Shown piece after piece: positions 47,416-59,989 of a stretch of 64,000 nt of DNA. Position 1 is the stretch's first letter, and every line of letters begins with the position of its first letter. The translations under genes and the position numbers were made by a program. The DNA is from Azolla caroliniana (taxonomy: Eukaryota; Plantae; Polypodiophyta): positions 12,958,001-13,022,000 of the forward strand of contig JBHGNT010000009.1 of assembly GCA_043228905.1 (NCBI GenBank), read 5' to 3'. Below the pieces are notes generated by a model. The model ran no database searches, had not been told where the DNA came from, and saw only the letters and a list, made by a program, of their open reading frames with translations.

Positions 47416-49099
47416 GAGGGAGATAGTGTGTGTGTGTTCAAATTTGATGATGTAGGAGATATGGGGTTTGATATATTTGGTGTGGGATAGAAGATTTTTT
47501 GGGGTTATTTGAAAACATGTAGGGGAGTGTGAGAGAGAAAGAGAGAGGAAGGGTAAGAGAGAAGTGTGTGAGGTGGGAGTTAGGGATGGTGAAGTACGTT
47601 AGAATGTATGGAGATCTTTGGAAAAAGGAGGGGGGTAGGAAGAATTGGAGGGTATATTGGAAATTAAAGTGGAGGAGGAAAGGGTAGAGTGAGATTAAGA
47701 AAAATGAAAGGGGGAGGGGTACGAGAAATTTACTAAAAGAGGGAGGGGTATGAATGTAATTCTGGAAAAAAGGAAGGGGGAAAGGGGTAGATGGAAATTA
47801 GTGAACGAGACAGGGGTAGAGTAAATTGACAAAGTGGGAATGAAGTGAAAAGATCACCAAGAACGATTCAAGCGCACCCAAATCGTTTCATATACTTGGC
47901 GTGAGTTAGGGAAAGGTAGGGGTAAAGTTAGAGTGGCAATGAAAAAGTAAAGGGAGGGGTAGAAGATCAAATTAGGAAAAATAAGGGGGAGGTGATGGTT
48001 AGAAAAAATAAAATAAAATAAAATTTGGAAACAATAAAAGGTGAGGGGAGGGGTAGGATTAGAAAATAGGAAAAAGGAGAATGAGGGGAAGAGGCTAAAA
48101 ATTAAGAGGTGAGGGGTAGAATTGGAAAATAGGAGAAACTGAATTAGGGGAGGATGCTAAAAGTTAAAATGTGAGGGGTAGAGTTAAAGATAAGGAAAAG
48201 TAAGGGGAGGGTATAGTGAAAATATTGAAAAGTTAGGGAAGGGGTAGAGTTAAAGATAAGGAAAAGTAAGGGGGAGGGTATAGTGAAAATATGGAAAAGT
48301 TAGGGAAGGGGTAGAGTTAAAGATAAGGAAAAGTAAGGGGGAGGGAGGGTATAGTGAAAATATTGAAAAGTTTGGGAAGGGGTTGAGTTAAAGATAAGGA
48401 AAAATAAGGGGGAGGATATAGTGAAAAATTATATGGAAAGGTTTGGGAAGGGGTAGAGTTAAAGATAAGGGAAAGTAAGGGGGAGGGTATAGTGAAAATA
48501 TGGAAAAGTTAGGGGAGGGGTAGAGTTAAAGATAAGGAAAAGTAAGGGGGAGGGTATAGTGGAAATATCGAAAAGTTAGGGAAGGGGTAGAGTTGAAAAT
48601 AGGTAAGGGTATGTTGAGAATTACGTAAAGATAAAAGAGGGGTAAAGTTAATATAGAGAGAGACTATGGGGGAAGGATATCATGCAAGAGAAAGTGAGTG
48701 GGAGGGAGAGTGATGCAAGGTATATTGGTTACAACGGAAGGGTAGAACATATGTTGAATACAAATGCCGGCTACAATGTAATCCCGTGCATTGGAAAGGA
48801 AAGGAAATACTAAGATTATGCAAAATGCCAACTATTGAAAGTAGTCCATATGCACACATACTAAAAGAGACAAAAGGGAATGCATGGCTAACGAATGTAG
48901 TCCCATGCTTACAATGAAAAGATGTAAGGAAGTGAGAGATAATATGTTGAAGGCATGTTGGGATGCCGATGATGCCGTTGCAAATGCCTTCCACTTGAAA
49001 TGAGGGAACTCGACACGAAGTGGATACTCGAAGGGCGTCGATCATATGCCATCGTGGGTTCACGTCTCTGTGGATTGGTCCTCCATAGAAATTACTACG
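46912..49099 (-). mobile_element. ~2.2 kb LTR-like insertion in the satellite, with partial copies at ~49102-49592 and 50377-51054
   Basis: Begins TGTGAG, has a minus-strand CTATATAAACC near 47298, (GA)n/(GT)n tracts and a purine-rich minisatellite. Non-coding; the right boundary is approximate. Confidence 0.5.
48170..48595 (+). repeat. ~67-bp G/A-rich minisatellite, about 6 copies
   Basis: Unit gggaaggggtagagttaaagataaggaaaagtaagggggagggtatagtgaaaatatggaaaagtta recurs near 48181, 48247, 48314, 48385, 48456 and 48523. Confidence 0.88.
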
Positions 49100-49310
49100 A
49101 ATTGTGAGTTCTAGACCGTGAGGTCAATACAAGGAGTGCGAATGGTATACAATCGGTGGGTGAATGTGAGATTAAGAGTGAGAATTATAGAGAGAGAGAG
49201 AGAAAGAGAGAGATATGCACAAAGAATTGTGAGTTCTAGACCGTGAGGTCAATACAAGGAGTGCGAATGGTATACAATTGGTGGGTGAATGTGAGATTAA
49301 GAGTGAGAAT

Positions 49311-49360
<50 letters not shown>

Positions 49361-49548
49361 TACAAAGTTTAGAGAGAGAGAAATAGACTAAAGACTAATT
49401 CATATTAAGAAACTTAAAAAGTAATACAAAGAAATGGTCGATGTGGCAAACTAGTTTCGCTCCTACGGAGCTCATCAGTGCACAAGACCATTTAGAATTG
49501 GAGGGGTTTATATAGGGAAGATAAGGATGTGTGTGTGTGTGTGTGTGC

Positions 49549-49598
<50 letters not shown>

Positions 49599-52090
49599 AT
49601 ATTAACGGGGTGGCAATGCAATCTCCCTTAACTATATTTGCAATATTTTATAGCATGATAGGGTAATCTTCGCAAAGCTTCCTAGTTAATGCATAATCCT
49701 CCCGAACCTCAGTATTTCTCCATGTTATGAGACCTACGTGCAACATCCTGACATCAATCAACGTATTCCCTATGTTAGTTTTTTTGTAGAGTGATTGCGT
49801 AATCTTCTTGATTTGTGTACGCTTTCAAAAATCAAAGCTAATATTGACATCAAAGCATCTCTTTGGAGCTATTCACCTAAAGCCATGGACCATTTGGAAA
49901 TATATTAACGGGGTGGCAATGCAATCTCCCTTAACTCAAAATCGAGATGTAGGGGTGGTGCAATTGGATAGAGCATGAGTCTCATAGCATGGAGAAATCT
50001 TGAGGTAGAGTTTTCAAAGCTCCTTGTCCCCATAATCCATGAAACCTTACTAGCTTATCCGAAACTTGAACTAGTGAGCTTTAAATAGGCACCTTGTCTT
50101 CGATAAAAAAAGAGAGAGCTTAAAAGTGAGATTTTAGTTACAACAATATGACTTCAAGAAGATTACGCAATCACTCTACAAAAAAACTAACTTAGGGAAT
50201 ACGTTGATTGATGTCAAGATGTTGCACGTAGGTCTCATAACATGGAGAAATACTGAGGTTCGGGAGGATTATGCATTAACTAGGAAGCTTTGCGAAGATT
50301 ACCCTATCATGCCATAAAGTATTGCAAATATAGTTAAGGGAGATTGCATTCCCACCCCCTTAATATATTGCCAAATTGTGAGTTCTAGACCGTGAGGTCA
50401 ATACAAGGAGTGCGAACGGTATACAATCGGTGGGTGAATGTGAGATTAAGAGTGAGAATTATAGAGAGAAAGAGAGAGAGAGAGAGAGATATGCACAAAG
50501 AATTGTGAGTTCTAGACCGTGAGGTCAGTACAAGGAGTGCGAACGGTATACAATTGGTGGGTGAATGTGAGATTAAGAGTGAGAATTAGAGAGAGAGAGA
50601 GAGACAGAGATATGTACAAAGTTTAGAGAGAGAGAAATAGACTAAACACTAATTCATATTAAGAAACTTAAAAAGTAATACAAAGAAATGTTCGATGTGG
50701 CAAACTAGTTTCGCTCCTACGGAGCTCATCAGTGCACAAGACCATTTAGAATTGGAGGGGTTTATATAGGGAAGATAAGGATGTGTGTGTGTGTGTGTGT
50801 GTGCGTGAGAGAGAGAGAGAGAGAGAGAGGGAGATAGTGTATGTGTGTTCAAATTTGATGATGTAGGAGATATGGGGTTTGATATATTTGGTGTGGGATA
50901 GAAGATTTTTTGGGGTTATTTGAAAAACATGTAGGGGAGTGTGAGAGAGAAAGAGAGAGGAAGGGTAAGAGAGAAGTGTGTGAGGTGGGAGTTAGGGATG
51001 GTGAAGTACGTTAGAATGTATGGAGATCTTTGAAAAAAGGAGGGGGGTAGGAAGACTTGCTCCAAAGAGACGCTTTGATGTGAATATTAGCTTAGATTTT
51101 TGAAAGCATACACAAATCAAAGTCAAGATGGAGGGGCAATTGGCTAGCTTGTAGGTCTCCAACTCTCTCACTCCATATAATCGATGACACCTTATAGCCA
51201 CATCATAAACTGGGAAGGGTGAGCTTAAAATTGGCGGTTTAATTCTCTTTTTAAATATAAGAACTTAAAATTGACACATTGGTTTCAAAAGTATGCATTT
51301 TACTAGAAAGCTTCAAAAATTTGCAATGTGTCACACCAAAAAATATTGCAATATGACTTCAAGAGGATTTGAGTTACAACAATGTGACTTCAAGAAGATT
51401 ACGCAATCACTCTACAAAAAAACTAACTTAGGTAATACGTTGATTGATGTGAAGATGTTGCACGTAGGTCTCATAACATGGAGAAATACTAAGGTTCGGG
51501 AAGAGTATGCATTAACTAGGAAGCCTTGCGAAGATTACCCTATCATGCCATAAAATATTGCAAATATAGTTAAGGGAGATTGCATTGCCATCCCGTTAAT
51601 ATATTGCCAAATTGTCCATGCCTTCAGGTGAATAGCTCCAAAGAGATGATGTGATGTGAATATTAGCTTAGATCTTTGAAAGCATACACAAATCAAAGTC
51701 ACGATGGAGGGGCAATTGGCTAGCTTGTAGGTCTCCAACACTCTCACTCTATATAATCGATGAAACCTTATAGCCGCATCATAAACTTGGAAGGGTGAGC
51801 TTAAAATTGGCGGTTTACTTCTCTTTTTAAATATAAGAATTTAAAATTGACACATGGTTCTCAAAAGTATGCATTTTACTAGAAAGCTTCAAGAATTTGC
51901 AAAGTGTCACGCCATAAAATATTGCAAATTTAGTTACGAAAGATCGAATTGCCATCCCTTAGATATATTGCAAATTTGTCCATGGCGTTAGGTGGGTAGC
52001 TGGAAAGCGATGCTTTGATGTGAAGACTATGCATATTACCTTAGACGTTTGAAAATATTTTGGGTATACATCAATCAAAACCAAGATTGA

Positions 52091-52174
52091 GGGGTGGTGG
52101 CGTAGTTGGTTAGCGCGTAGGTCTCATAGGTTCAAGAAATCCTGAGGTCGAGAGTTCGAAACTCTCTCACCCCA
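52091..52174 (+). tRNA. Elongator tRNA-Met(CAT) with a mutated intron
   Basis: Exons are intact; intron ggttcaagaa has lost the GCT/GAG pattern seen in the other copies. Confidence 0.65.
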
Positions 52175-53312
52175 TAAAAAAGGTAATCTTACAACCTTGT
52201 CATAAAATTTGAGTGGTTAATACAACAATTCTACTTTTGAGTTTGATTTCGAAAATAACTGCTTAAAAGTGTACTTGGGTTTCGCAAAAAATTATGCACT
52301 CATGCCATTAACCATTGCGAATTTAGTAAAAAAAGATTGTGCTCTTACCTCGTAAATATATCGATAGATTGTCCATGGTTTCATAATGGAAACTCAAAAT
52401 CGAGATGTAGGGGTGGTGCAATTGGATAGAGCATGAGTCTCATAGCATGGAGAAATCTTGAGGTCGAGTTTTCAAAGCTCCTTGTGCCCATAATCCATGA
52501 AACCTTACTAGCTTATCCGAAACTTGAACTAGTGAGCATTAAATAGGCACCTTGTCTTCGATAAAAAAAGAGAGAGCTTAAAAGTGAGATTTTAGTTACA
52601 ACAATATGACTTCGAGAAGATTACGCAATCACTCTACAAAAAAACTAACTTAGGTAATACGTTGATTGATGTGAAGATGTTGCACGTAGGTCTCATAGCA
52701 TGGAGAAATACTAAGGTTCGGGAAGAGTATGCATTAACTAGGAAGCTTTGCGAAGATTACCCTATCATGCCATAAAATATTGCAAATATAGTTAAGGGAG
52801 ATTGCATTGCCATCCCGTTAATATATTGCCAAATTGTCCATGCCTTCAGGTGAATAGCTCCAAAGAGATGATTTGATGTGAATATTAGCTTAGATCTTTG
52901 AAAGCATACACAAATCAAAGTCAAGATGGAGGGGCAATTGGCTAGCTTGTAGGTCTCCAACTCTCTCACTCCATATAATCGATGAAACCTTATAGCCGCA
53001 TCATAAACTGGGAAGGGTGAGCTTAAAATTGGCGGTTTAATTCTCTTTTTAAATATAAGAACTTAAAATTGACACATTGTTCTCAAAAGTATGCATTTTA
53101 CTACAAAGCTTCAAGAATTTGCAAAGTGTCACGCCATAAAATATTGCAAATTTAGTTACGAAAGATCGCATTGCCATCCCTTAGATATATTGCAAATTTG
53201 TCCATGGCTTTAGGTGGGTAGCTGGAAAGCGATGCTTTGATGTGAAGACTATGCATATTACCTTAGACGTTTGAAAATATTTTGGGTATACATCAATCAA
53301 AACCAAGATTGA

Positions 53313-53396
53313 GGGGTGGTGGCGTAGTTGGTTAGCGCGTAGGTCTCATAGCTTCGAGAAATCCTGAGGTCGAGAGTTCGAAACTCTCTCACCCCA
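53313..53396 (+). tRNA. Elongator tRNA-Met(CAT), 10-nt intron
   Basis: Identical by eye to 44970-45053. Confidence 0.8.
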
Positions 53397-55117
53397 TAAA
53401 AAAGGTAACCTTACAACCTTGTCATAAAATTTGAGTGGTTAATACAACAATTCTACTTTTGAGTTTGATTTCGAAAATAACTGCTTAAAAGTGACACTTG
53501 GGTTTCGAAAATAATTATGCACTCATGCCATTAACCATTGCGAATTTAGTAAAAAAAGATTGTGCCCTTACCTCGTAAATATATCGATAGATTGTCCATG
53601 GTTTCATAATGGTAACTCAAAATCGAGATGTAGGGGTGGTGCAATTGGATAGAGCATGAGTCTCATAGCATGGAGAAATCTTGAGGTCGAGTTTTCAAAG
53701 CTCCTTGTCCCCATAATCCATGAAACCTTACTAGCTTATCCGAAACTTGAACTAGTGAGCTTTAAATAGGCACCTTGTCTTCGATAAAAAAAGAGAGAGC
53801 TTAAAAGTGAGATTTTAGTTAGAACAATATGGCTTCGAGAAGATTACGCAATCACTCTACAAAAAAACTAACTTAGGGAATACGTTGATTGATGTCAAGA
53901 TGTTGCACGTAGGTCTCATAACATGGAGAAATACTGAGGTTCGGGAGGATTATGCATTAACTAGGAAGCTTTGTGAAGATTACCCTATCATGCTATAAAA
54001 TATTGCAAATATAGTTAAGGGAGATTGCATTGCCACCCCGTTAGTATATTTCCAAATTGTCCATGGCTTTAGGTGAATAGCTCAAGGAGATGCTTTGATG
54101 TGAATATTAGCTTAGATTTTTGAAAGCATACACAAATCAAAGTCAAGATGGAGGGGCAATTGGCTAGCTTGTAGGTCTCCAACTCTCTCACTCCATATAA
54201 TCGATGACACCTTATAGCCGCATCATAAACTGGGAAGGATGAGCTTAAAATTGGCGGTTTAATTCTCTTTTTAAATATAAGAACTTAAAATTGACACATT
54301 GGTTTCAAAAGTATGCATTTTACTAGAAAGCTTCAAGAATTTGCAATGTGTCACGCTATAAAATATTGCAATATGACTTCAAGAGGATTTTAGTTACAAC
54401 AATATGACTTCAAGAAGATTACGCAATCACTCTACAAAAAAACTAACTTAGGTAATACGTTGATTGATGTGAAGATGTTGCACGTAGGTCTCATAGCATG
54501 GAGAAATACTAAGGTTCGGGAAGAGTATGCATTAACTAGGAAGCTTTGCGAAGATTACCCTATCATGCCATAAAATATTGCAAATATAGTTAAGGGAGAT
54601 TGCATTGCCATCCCGTTAATATATTTCCAAATTGTCCATGGCTTCAGGTGAATAGCTCCAAAGAGATGGTTTGATGTGAATATTAGCTTAGATCTTTGAA
54701 AGCATACACAAATCAAAGTCAAGATGGAGGGGGAATTGGCTAGCTTGTAGGTATCCAACTCTCTCACTCCATATAATCGATGAAACCTTATAGCCGCATC
54801 ATAAACTCGGAAGGGTGAGCTTAAAATGGGCGGGTTAATTGTCTTTTTAAATATAAGTACTTAAAATTGACACATTGGTTTCAAAAGCATGCATTTTAGT
54901 AGAAAGTTTTGAGAATCAACAAGATTAACTTGCCACGCCATAAAATATTGCAAATTTAGTTACAAAAGATCGTATTGCCAGCCCTTTAAAATATTGCAAA
55001 TTTGTCCATGGCTTCAGGTTGGTTGCTCCAAAGAGATGCTTTGATTTGAAGACTATGCGTATTACCTTAGACGTTTGAAATTATTTTCGGGATACGTCAA
55101 TTAAAACCAAGATGTAG

Positions 55118-55201
55118 GGGGTGGTGGCGCAGTTGGTTAACGCGTAGGTCTCATAGCTTCGGGAAATCCTAAGGTCGAGAGTTCGAAACTCTCTCACCCC
55201 A
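55118..55201 (+). tRNA. tRNA-Met(CAT) variant, possibly a pseudogene
   Basis: D stem GCGC/ACGC has one mismatch; intron gcttcgggaa; T arm and acceptor stem are intact. Confidence 0.6.
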
Positions 55202-55923
55202 TCAAAAGGCAAACCTTCCAGCCTTGTCATAAAATTTGAGGGGTTAGTTCAACAATTCCACTTTTGAGTTTGATTTCGAAAATAATTGTTTAAAACTTAC
55301 ACTTGGATTTCTAAAATAACATTTCCGCTTTTGTGTTTGATTTCGAAAATAATTGCTTAAAAGTGACACGTGGGTTTCAAAAATAATTACGCGCTCATGC
55401 CATCAACCATTGCGAATTGAGTAAAAAGAATTTGCACTCTGACCTCGTAAATATATTGTAAGATTTTCCATGGCTTCATAATGGTAACTCAAAATCAAGA
55501 TGTAGGGATGGTGCAGTTGGCTAGAGCATGGGTTTCATAGCCTCGAGAAATCTGGAGGTTGAGTGTTCGAAGCTCATTGTCCCCATAATCATTGAAATCT
55601 TACAAGCTTATCCTAAACCTCAACTAGTGCTCTTAGAATAGTCACTTTGACTTCGATATAAAAAATAATAGGTTAAAAGAGAGATTCTAGTTACAAAAAT
55701 ATGACTTCAAGAAGATTACGCAATCGCTCTACAAAAAAACTAACTTAGGGAATATGTTAATTGATGTCAAAATGTTGCACGTAGGTCTCATAACATGGAG
55801 AAATCTTGAGATTTGGGAAGATTATGCATTTAAGTAGGAAGCTTTGCGAAGATTACCCGATCATGCCATAAAATATTGCAAATATAGTTAAGGGAGATTG
55901 CATTGCCACCCCGTTAATATATT

Positions 55924-56249
55924 GTGCTCACACTCTTCGCCTGGCGGCGGTTACAACAGAGAGTGCTCATAGCTGCTCTAACACACACTCTCTCTCTCTC
56001 TGTACAACAGTTACAACAATAGCACAAAGAATGACCAACCACTAAACTTGTTTGCCCTAAGTCAAATTTATACTAATATGACTTTCGGGCTATTTACAAA
56101 TATAGCCACAATGGGCTAACAGAAACATATTTACATATATGTCCCTTCGTCCGGTGAGAGGTTCTCACCGGGCCTGCATCATCCGGTTCTCACCGGGTCT
56201 TCCGTTGCCGGGTACTCATATCCCATCCGGAGGGACCAAAATCCTAACA
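55924..56249 (-). mobile_element. Truncated LTR of the 32519-41142 copia family
   Basis: Closely matches 40719-41142 but lacks the duplication and telomere insert. It ends ctaaca followed by AAATA and satellite, as at 41142. Confidence 0.88.
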
Positions 56250-56755
56250 AAATATAGTTTAGGGAGATTGCATTGCCACCCCGTTAATATATTGCCAAAT
56301 TGTCCATGGCTTCAGGTGAGTAGCTCCAAAGAGATGCTTTGATGTGAATATTAGCTTAGATTTTTGAAAGCATACACAAATCAAAGTCATGATGGAGGGG
56401 CAATTGGCTAGCTAGTAGGTCTCAAACTCTCCTACTCCATATAATCGATGAAACTTTACAGCCGCATCTTAAACTTGGAAGGGTCATCTTAAAATGGGCG
56501 GTTTAATTCTCTTTTTAAATATAAGAACTTAAAATTGACACATTGGTTTCAAAAGTTTGCATTTTATTAGAAAGCTTCGAGAATCAACAAGATTAACTTG
56601 TCACGCCATAAAATATTACAAATCTAGTTACGAAAGATTGCATTGCCAACCCTTAAATATATTGCAAATTTGTCGAGGACTTCAAGTTGGTAGCTCGAAA
56701 GAGATGCTTTGATGTGAAGACTATGCATATTACCTTAGACGTTTGTAAATATTTT

Positions 56756-58795
56756 GGAGATCATGCGAGGAGTTGTCCGGAATACCAAAGAGTCGACAAC
56801 AATTCTTTTGATTGACGTATTAATTGTGTTGGTAATCTAAGCTAGTGTTGATTCAATTTGATATATTTATGAAGTGGTAGCAGAGCGAGGTTCATACCCT
56901 TTGCAAAATTTGGAATATGAATGAATGACTAGATGGGATGATTGAGCTGACTGGATCGAGCTACTCCATATGGAAGTTTAAAATGAGCGACATGTTGGTA
57001 TACAAGGACTTGTGGTTGGTCATACAACATAGTACTGAAAACTCAAGAAAATAGATGCATCGACTTGGGCTGCCATGCATCTAAAAACAACATACATATG
57101 ATGTTTATATAGACTTGAGTCTATATAACAACTTCGGTGATGAAATTGAAGCAAATGAGTTATAGAAGAAAAATCAAGAGTATGTTTTAGACACAAAATA
57201 GCTTAAATAGTCCACATGTTTAGAAAACTTGTAAGACTTAGATATCAAGATGGCTCTAGTATGGCAGAGCATTTGAATATGTTTCAAGGACTAATAAGTC
57301 AAACTATTTCTTTAGATATACCCCTAACAAATGAGGTGTTCCCTTTGTTATTGTTAGGCTCTCTCCCAAATAGTTGGGAAACCCTTGTTGTGACACTTGG
57401 GAATTTAGCACAACAAAAGGAGCTGACATTGGACATGCTTGAGTTGAGTCTTCTACATGAAGAAGCATGACAGAAGGAGCATGAGTCCAACTTTGACCAT
57501 AACGCCTTAATCATAGAAAACAACCCCTCTAGAGGAAGAACCCATGTTAGGGTTACAAACTAGTATTAAAAGATGTTAGGCATGTATTGGACATTCGACT
57601 AAATATTATTTTTGTCGGTAAGCTTGATGATGAGGGTTACACAAATTCCTTTGGTGAAGGAAAATGGAAGCTCAACAAAGACTTGTTAGTATTAACAAGA
57701 TGTCTAAAACAAAATTCCCTCTATGTAATGCATGCTATGGTGTCTAGTGGAGAGGTAAATGTAGTCGACAAGGATATCCCCATTGAGTTGTGGGACAAGA
57801 GGCACATGAGTAAAAAAAGGACTCGAGGTGCTAGCTATGAAGAACATTCTACTAGAGATAAGAGGTATGGACTTGGAGACTTGTGTTGATTGCTTGGGCA
57901 ACAAACAACACAGAGTCACCTTTCAACGTTTGCCCCCAGAAAGAAAATCTTAGCCACTAGAATTGGTGCACACTAACTTGTGCTATATGAAAGATAAGAC
58001 TCTAGGGGGAGCATTGTACTTTGCCACATTTATTGATGACTTCTCAAGGAAGTTCTGGTGCTTTGCATTGAAGACTAAAGATCAAGTATTTGATATCTTT
58101 TAAAATTTCATGTAAGTGTAGAAAGGGAAACATGGAGAAAGCTTAAATGTATCCGTGCGGATAACAAGGGTCAGTACTGAGGATGATTTGAACAATATTT
58201 TCATGAGCATGGGATCAGGCTTGAGAAGAGTGTTCCTAAAACAAATTAGCACAATGGTGTGGTTGAGAGGATTAATAGGACAATTTGTGAGCGGATAAGA
58301 TGTATGTTATCCCACTCAAAATTGCTTAAATCTTTTTGGGGTGAAGCAATGAGGACTGTAGTTCACCTTATAAATCTGTCCCCATTAGTCCCTTTGGATG
58401 GTGATATGCCTGAGAGGGTGTAGACAGGTAAGGAGGTGTCATACAAACACTTAAGAGCATAGTACGTAAAATTCGTGTTCGTCTAGCATAACATTCGTTT
58501 TCCTACGTTGGAAAACGAATGCGAATGTTATTCAAACATTCTTGTGTGTTTTTTTGGTTTTTTTGCCCATTTTTTTAATGTTTTTTTAATTTTTTAGGCT
58601 TATTTACCTCAATAAATAGTTAATCCAAAAGTATGGTATTTATCATTCTTTAAGGGTGTTTTTCTTACACGAATGATTGAAACATTCACGAATGCGAATG
58701 CACGTATGGTCCATATGGTCCATACTATGCTTAAGAGTGTTTGGCAGCAAGGCTTATGTTCACATCCCAAAAGATGAAAGATCCAAGCTTGATGA
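56756..58795 (+). mobile_element. Old degenerate copia: LTR 3' part, PBS, gag and integrase remnants
   Basis: PBS-like TGGTAGCAGAGC at 56875-56886. Motifs ELTGSSYSIWK, LLLGSLPNSWETLVVTLGN, FIDDFSRK and YKHLRVFG. Confidence 0.85.
58458..58729. mobile_element. Non-autonomous hAT-type MITE (272 bp)
   Basis: TIR CATAGTA/TACTATG and 8-bp TSD CTTAAGAG (58450-58457 and 58730-58737). Excision restores YKHLRVFG. Confidence 0.85.
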
Positions 58796-58803
58796 CAAAT
58801 ATA

Positions 58804-59190
58804 AATGAAAAAAAATACATGCGTAAGCGTATACGAAAGACAGAGTACATAATCGGTTATTCGCAAGTACTACAATTAGGTAAACATAGAGGATGTGAGA
58901 GAGAGCATGAGTAGAGTAGACAACAATAACTTCTATTACAAAATGACTACAAGTCCTCAAAGGACTAACAGAAGTACTAACAAGTACTTCAATGCTCATA
59001 AATGAGCTACTGACACTAACTCCCAAAAATATTTCTACGAGGAATATCGGTCCGAACGGCCTTCCGACTCCCCGCCGATCCAGCCTGGCCAATCGGTCTT
59101 GGTCCAATTTGGCTCTCGGCTTCTTTGGCCGATTCGGGTCTAACCCGGTCTCCATCCAATCCGCCCCAAGTTGAGCTTTCTTGCTCAATA
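58804..59190 (-). mobile_element. Diverged solo LTR related to the 18533 copia LTR
   Basis: Shares tacaagtcct...ggact...gaagtact...gtacttcaatgctcat and the ttgagctt...ctcaa end with 18533-18918. Confidence 0.7.
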
Positions 59191-59333
59191 GTAAACCATG
59201 CATATTCTTGGGATTTTGCAATGAGGAATTCGACTATAAACTTTATGATGTTATGGGTTAGGGTTAGGGATGATGATCATTGCGGGGTAGTGATAATAAT
59301 GAAGATAGAAATGGTGATGGCATTGAGAAACAT

Positions 59334-59780
59334 TGCGGGGTGGGGGGTGGTGCCTAGAGTGGCCCCACTCCTCCTCCCAAGGGGCTCCACCCCCCCTTGG
59401 CCATCCACACTAATCACTCACTTACACCTCTTCTTATCTGTCCACTCACAGTCACACTTACATTCACACTCATAATTGTATACATTACACATACATACAA
59501 CAACATTAAGTCTTTTAACCCTCACTCGTTACACTCAACTCGCCATATATCTTGTACGGTAACACATTATGGCACACTCGTGGGACAATGCCTAGCATGT
59601 TGATCCCACATGCCTCGATCATCGTCTTCAATATCTTGTTCAATTGGAACTTCATTGGTCGTCTTTGCGATCGAGTCCCTCGATCGGAACGCTTGACCCT
59701 AACATCTCCGTCGGTGAGCAAATCTTCCTCGACATGAACATTCCCATTCTGTCGGCACATGAACTTTGGTATCATCCTTC
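59334..59780 (-). mobile_element. Remnant of a gypsy-type element: LTR (~59334-59564) and adjacent split tRNA-Arg-like motif
   Basis: Left end resembles the 11740 LTR (ggggtggggggtg..gcctaga...cctcccaagggg). Right end ggtaaca is followed by tggcacactcgtgggac. Confidence 0.55.
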
Positions 59781-59989
59781 TTTGGGTCTTGTTCAGTGAG
59801 CAAGCTGAACTCGGGTCGATCGGTTGAAGAAGCCGAGAACCAAATCGGTTGAAGACCTATTGAGGAGACCCAAATCGGTCGAAGGACCGAGAACCGAGAG
59901 CCATGTGGTGAGGGACTCGGGTAGGACACTAATAGACTATATTCCCAGAATAGTAAATAGGAATATTGTATGCAGAATTAGTGTCAGGC

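Larger units (their letters stand above)
31915..56755 (+). repeat. tRNA-Met-derived higher-order tandem satellite, interrupted by LTR elements, an inversion and segmental duplications
   Basis: Recurring blocks of ~1.2 and ~1.8 kb. Each holds one intact tRNA-Met and several decayed tRNA-Met-like subunits with shared flanks (aaattgtccatggctt upstream, atgaaacctta downstream). Confidence 0.92.

Noticed and set aside
41152-54767. Repeated 70-87 aa ORFs (MRELETYKLANCPSILTL...) resembling a tandem small-protein family
   Set aside because: They are antisense readings of satellite subunit D, use non-ATG starts and vary in their boundaries.
41143-56755. CRISPR-like or rDNA array
   Set aside because: Spacers are themselves repeated, units are over 1 kb, the DNA is eukaryotic and no rRNA sequence was recognised.
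59255-59270. TTAGGG telomere-like repeat
   Set aside because: Only about two units in low-complexity sequence, which is compatible with chance.
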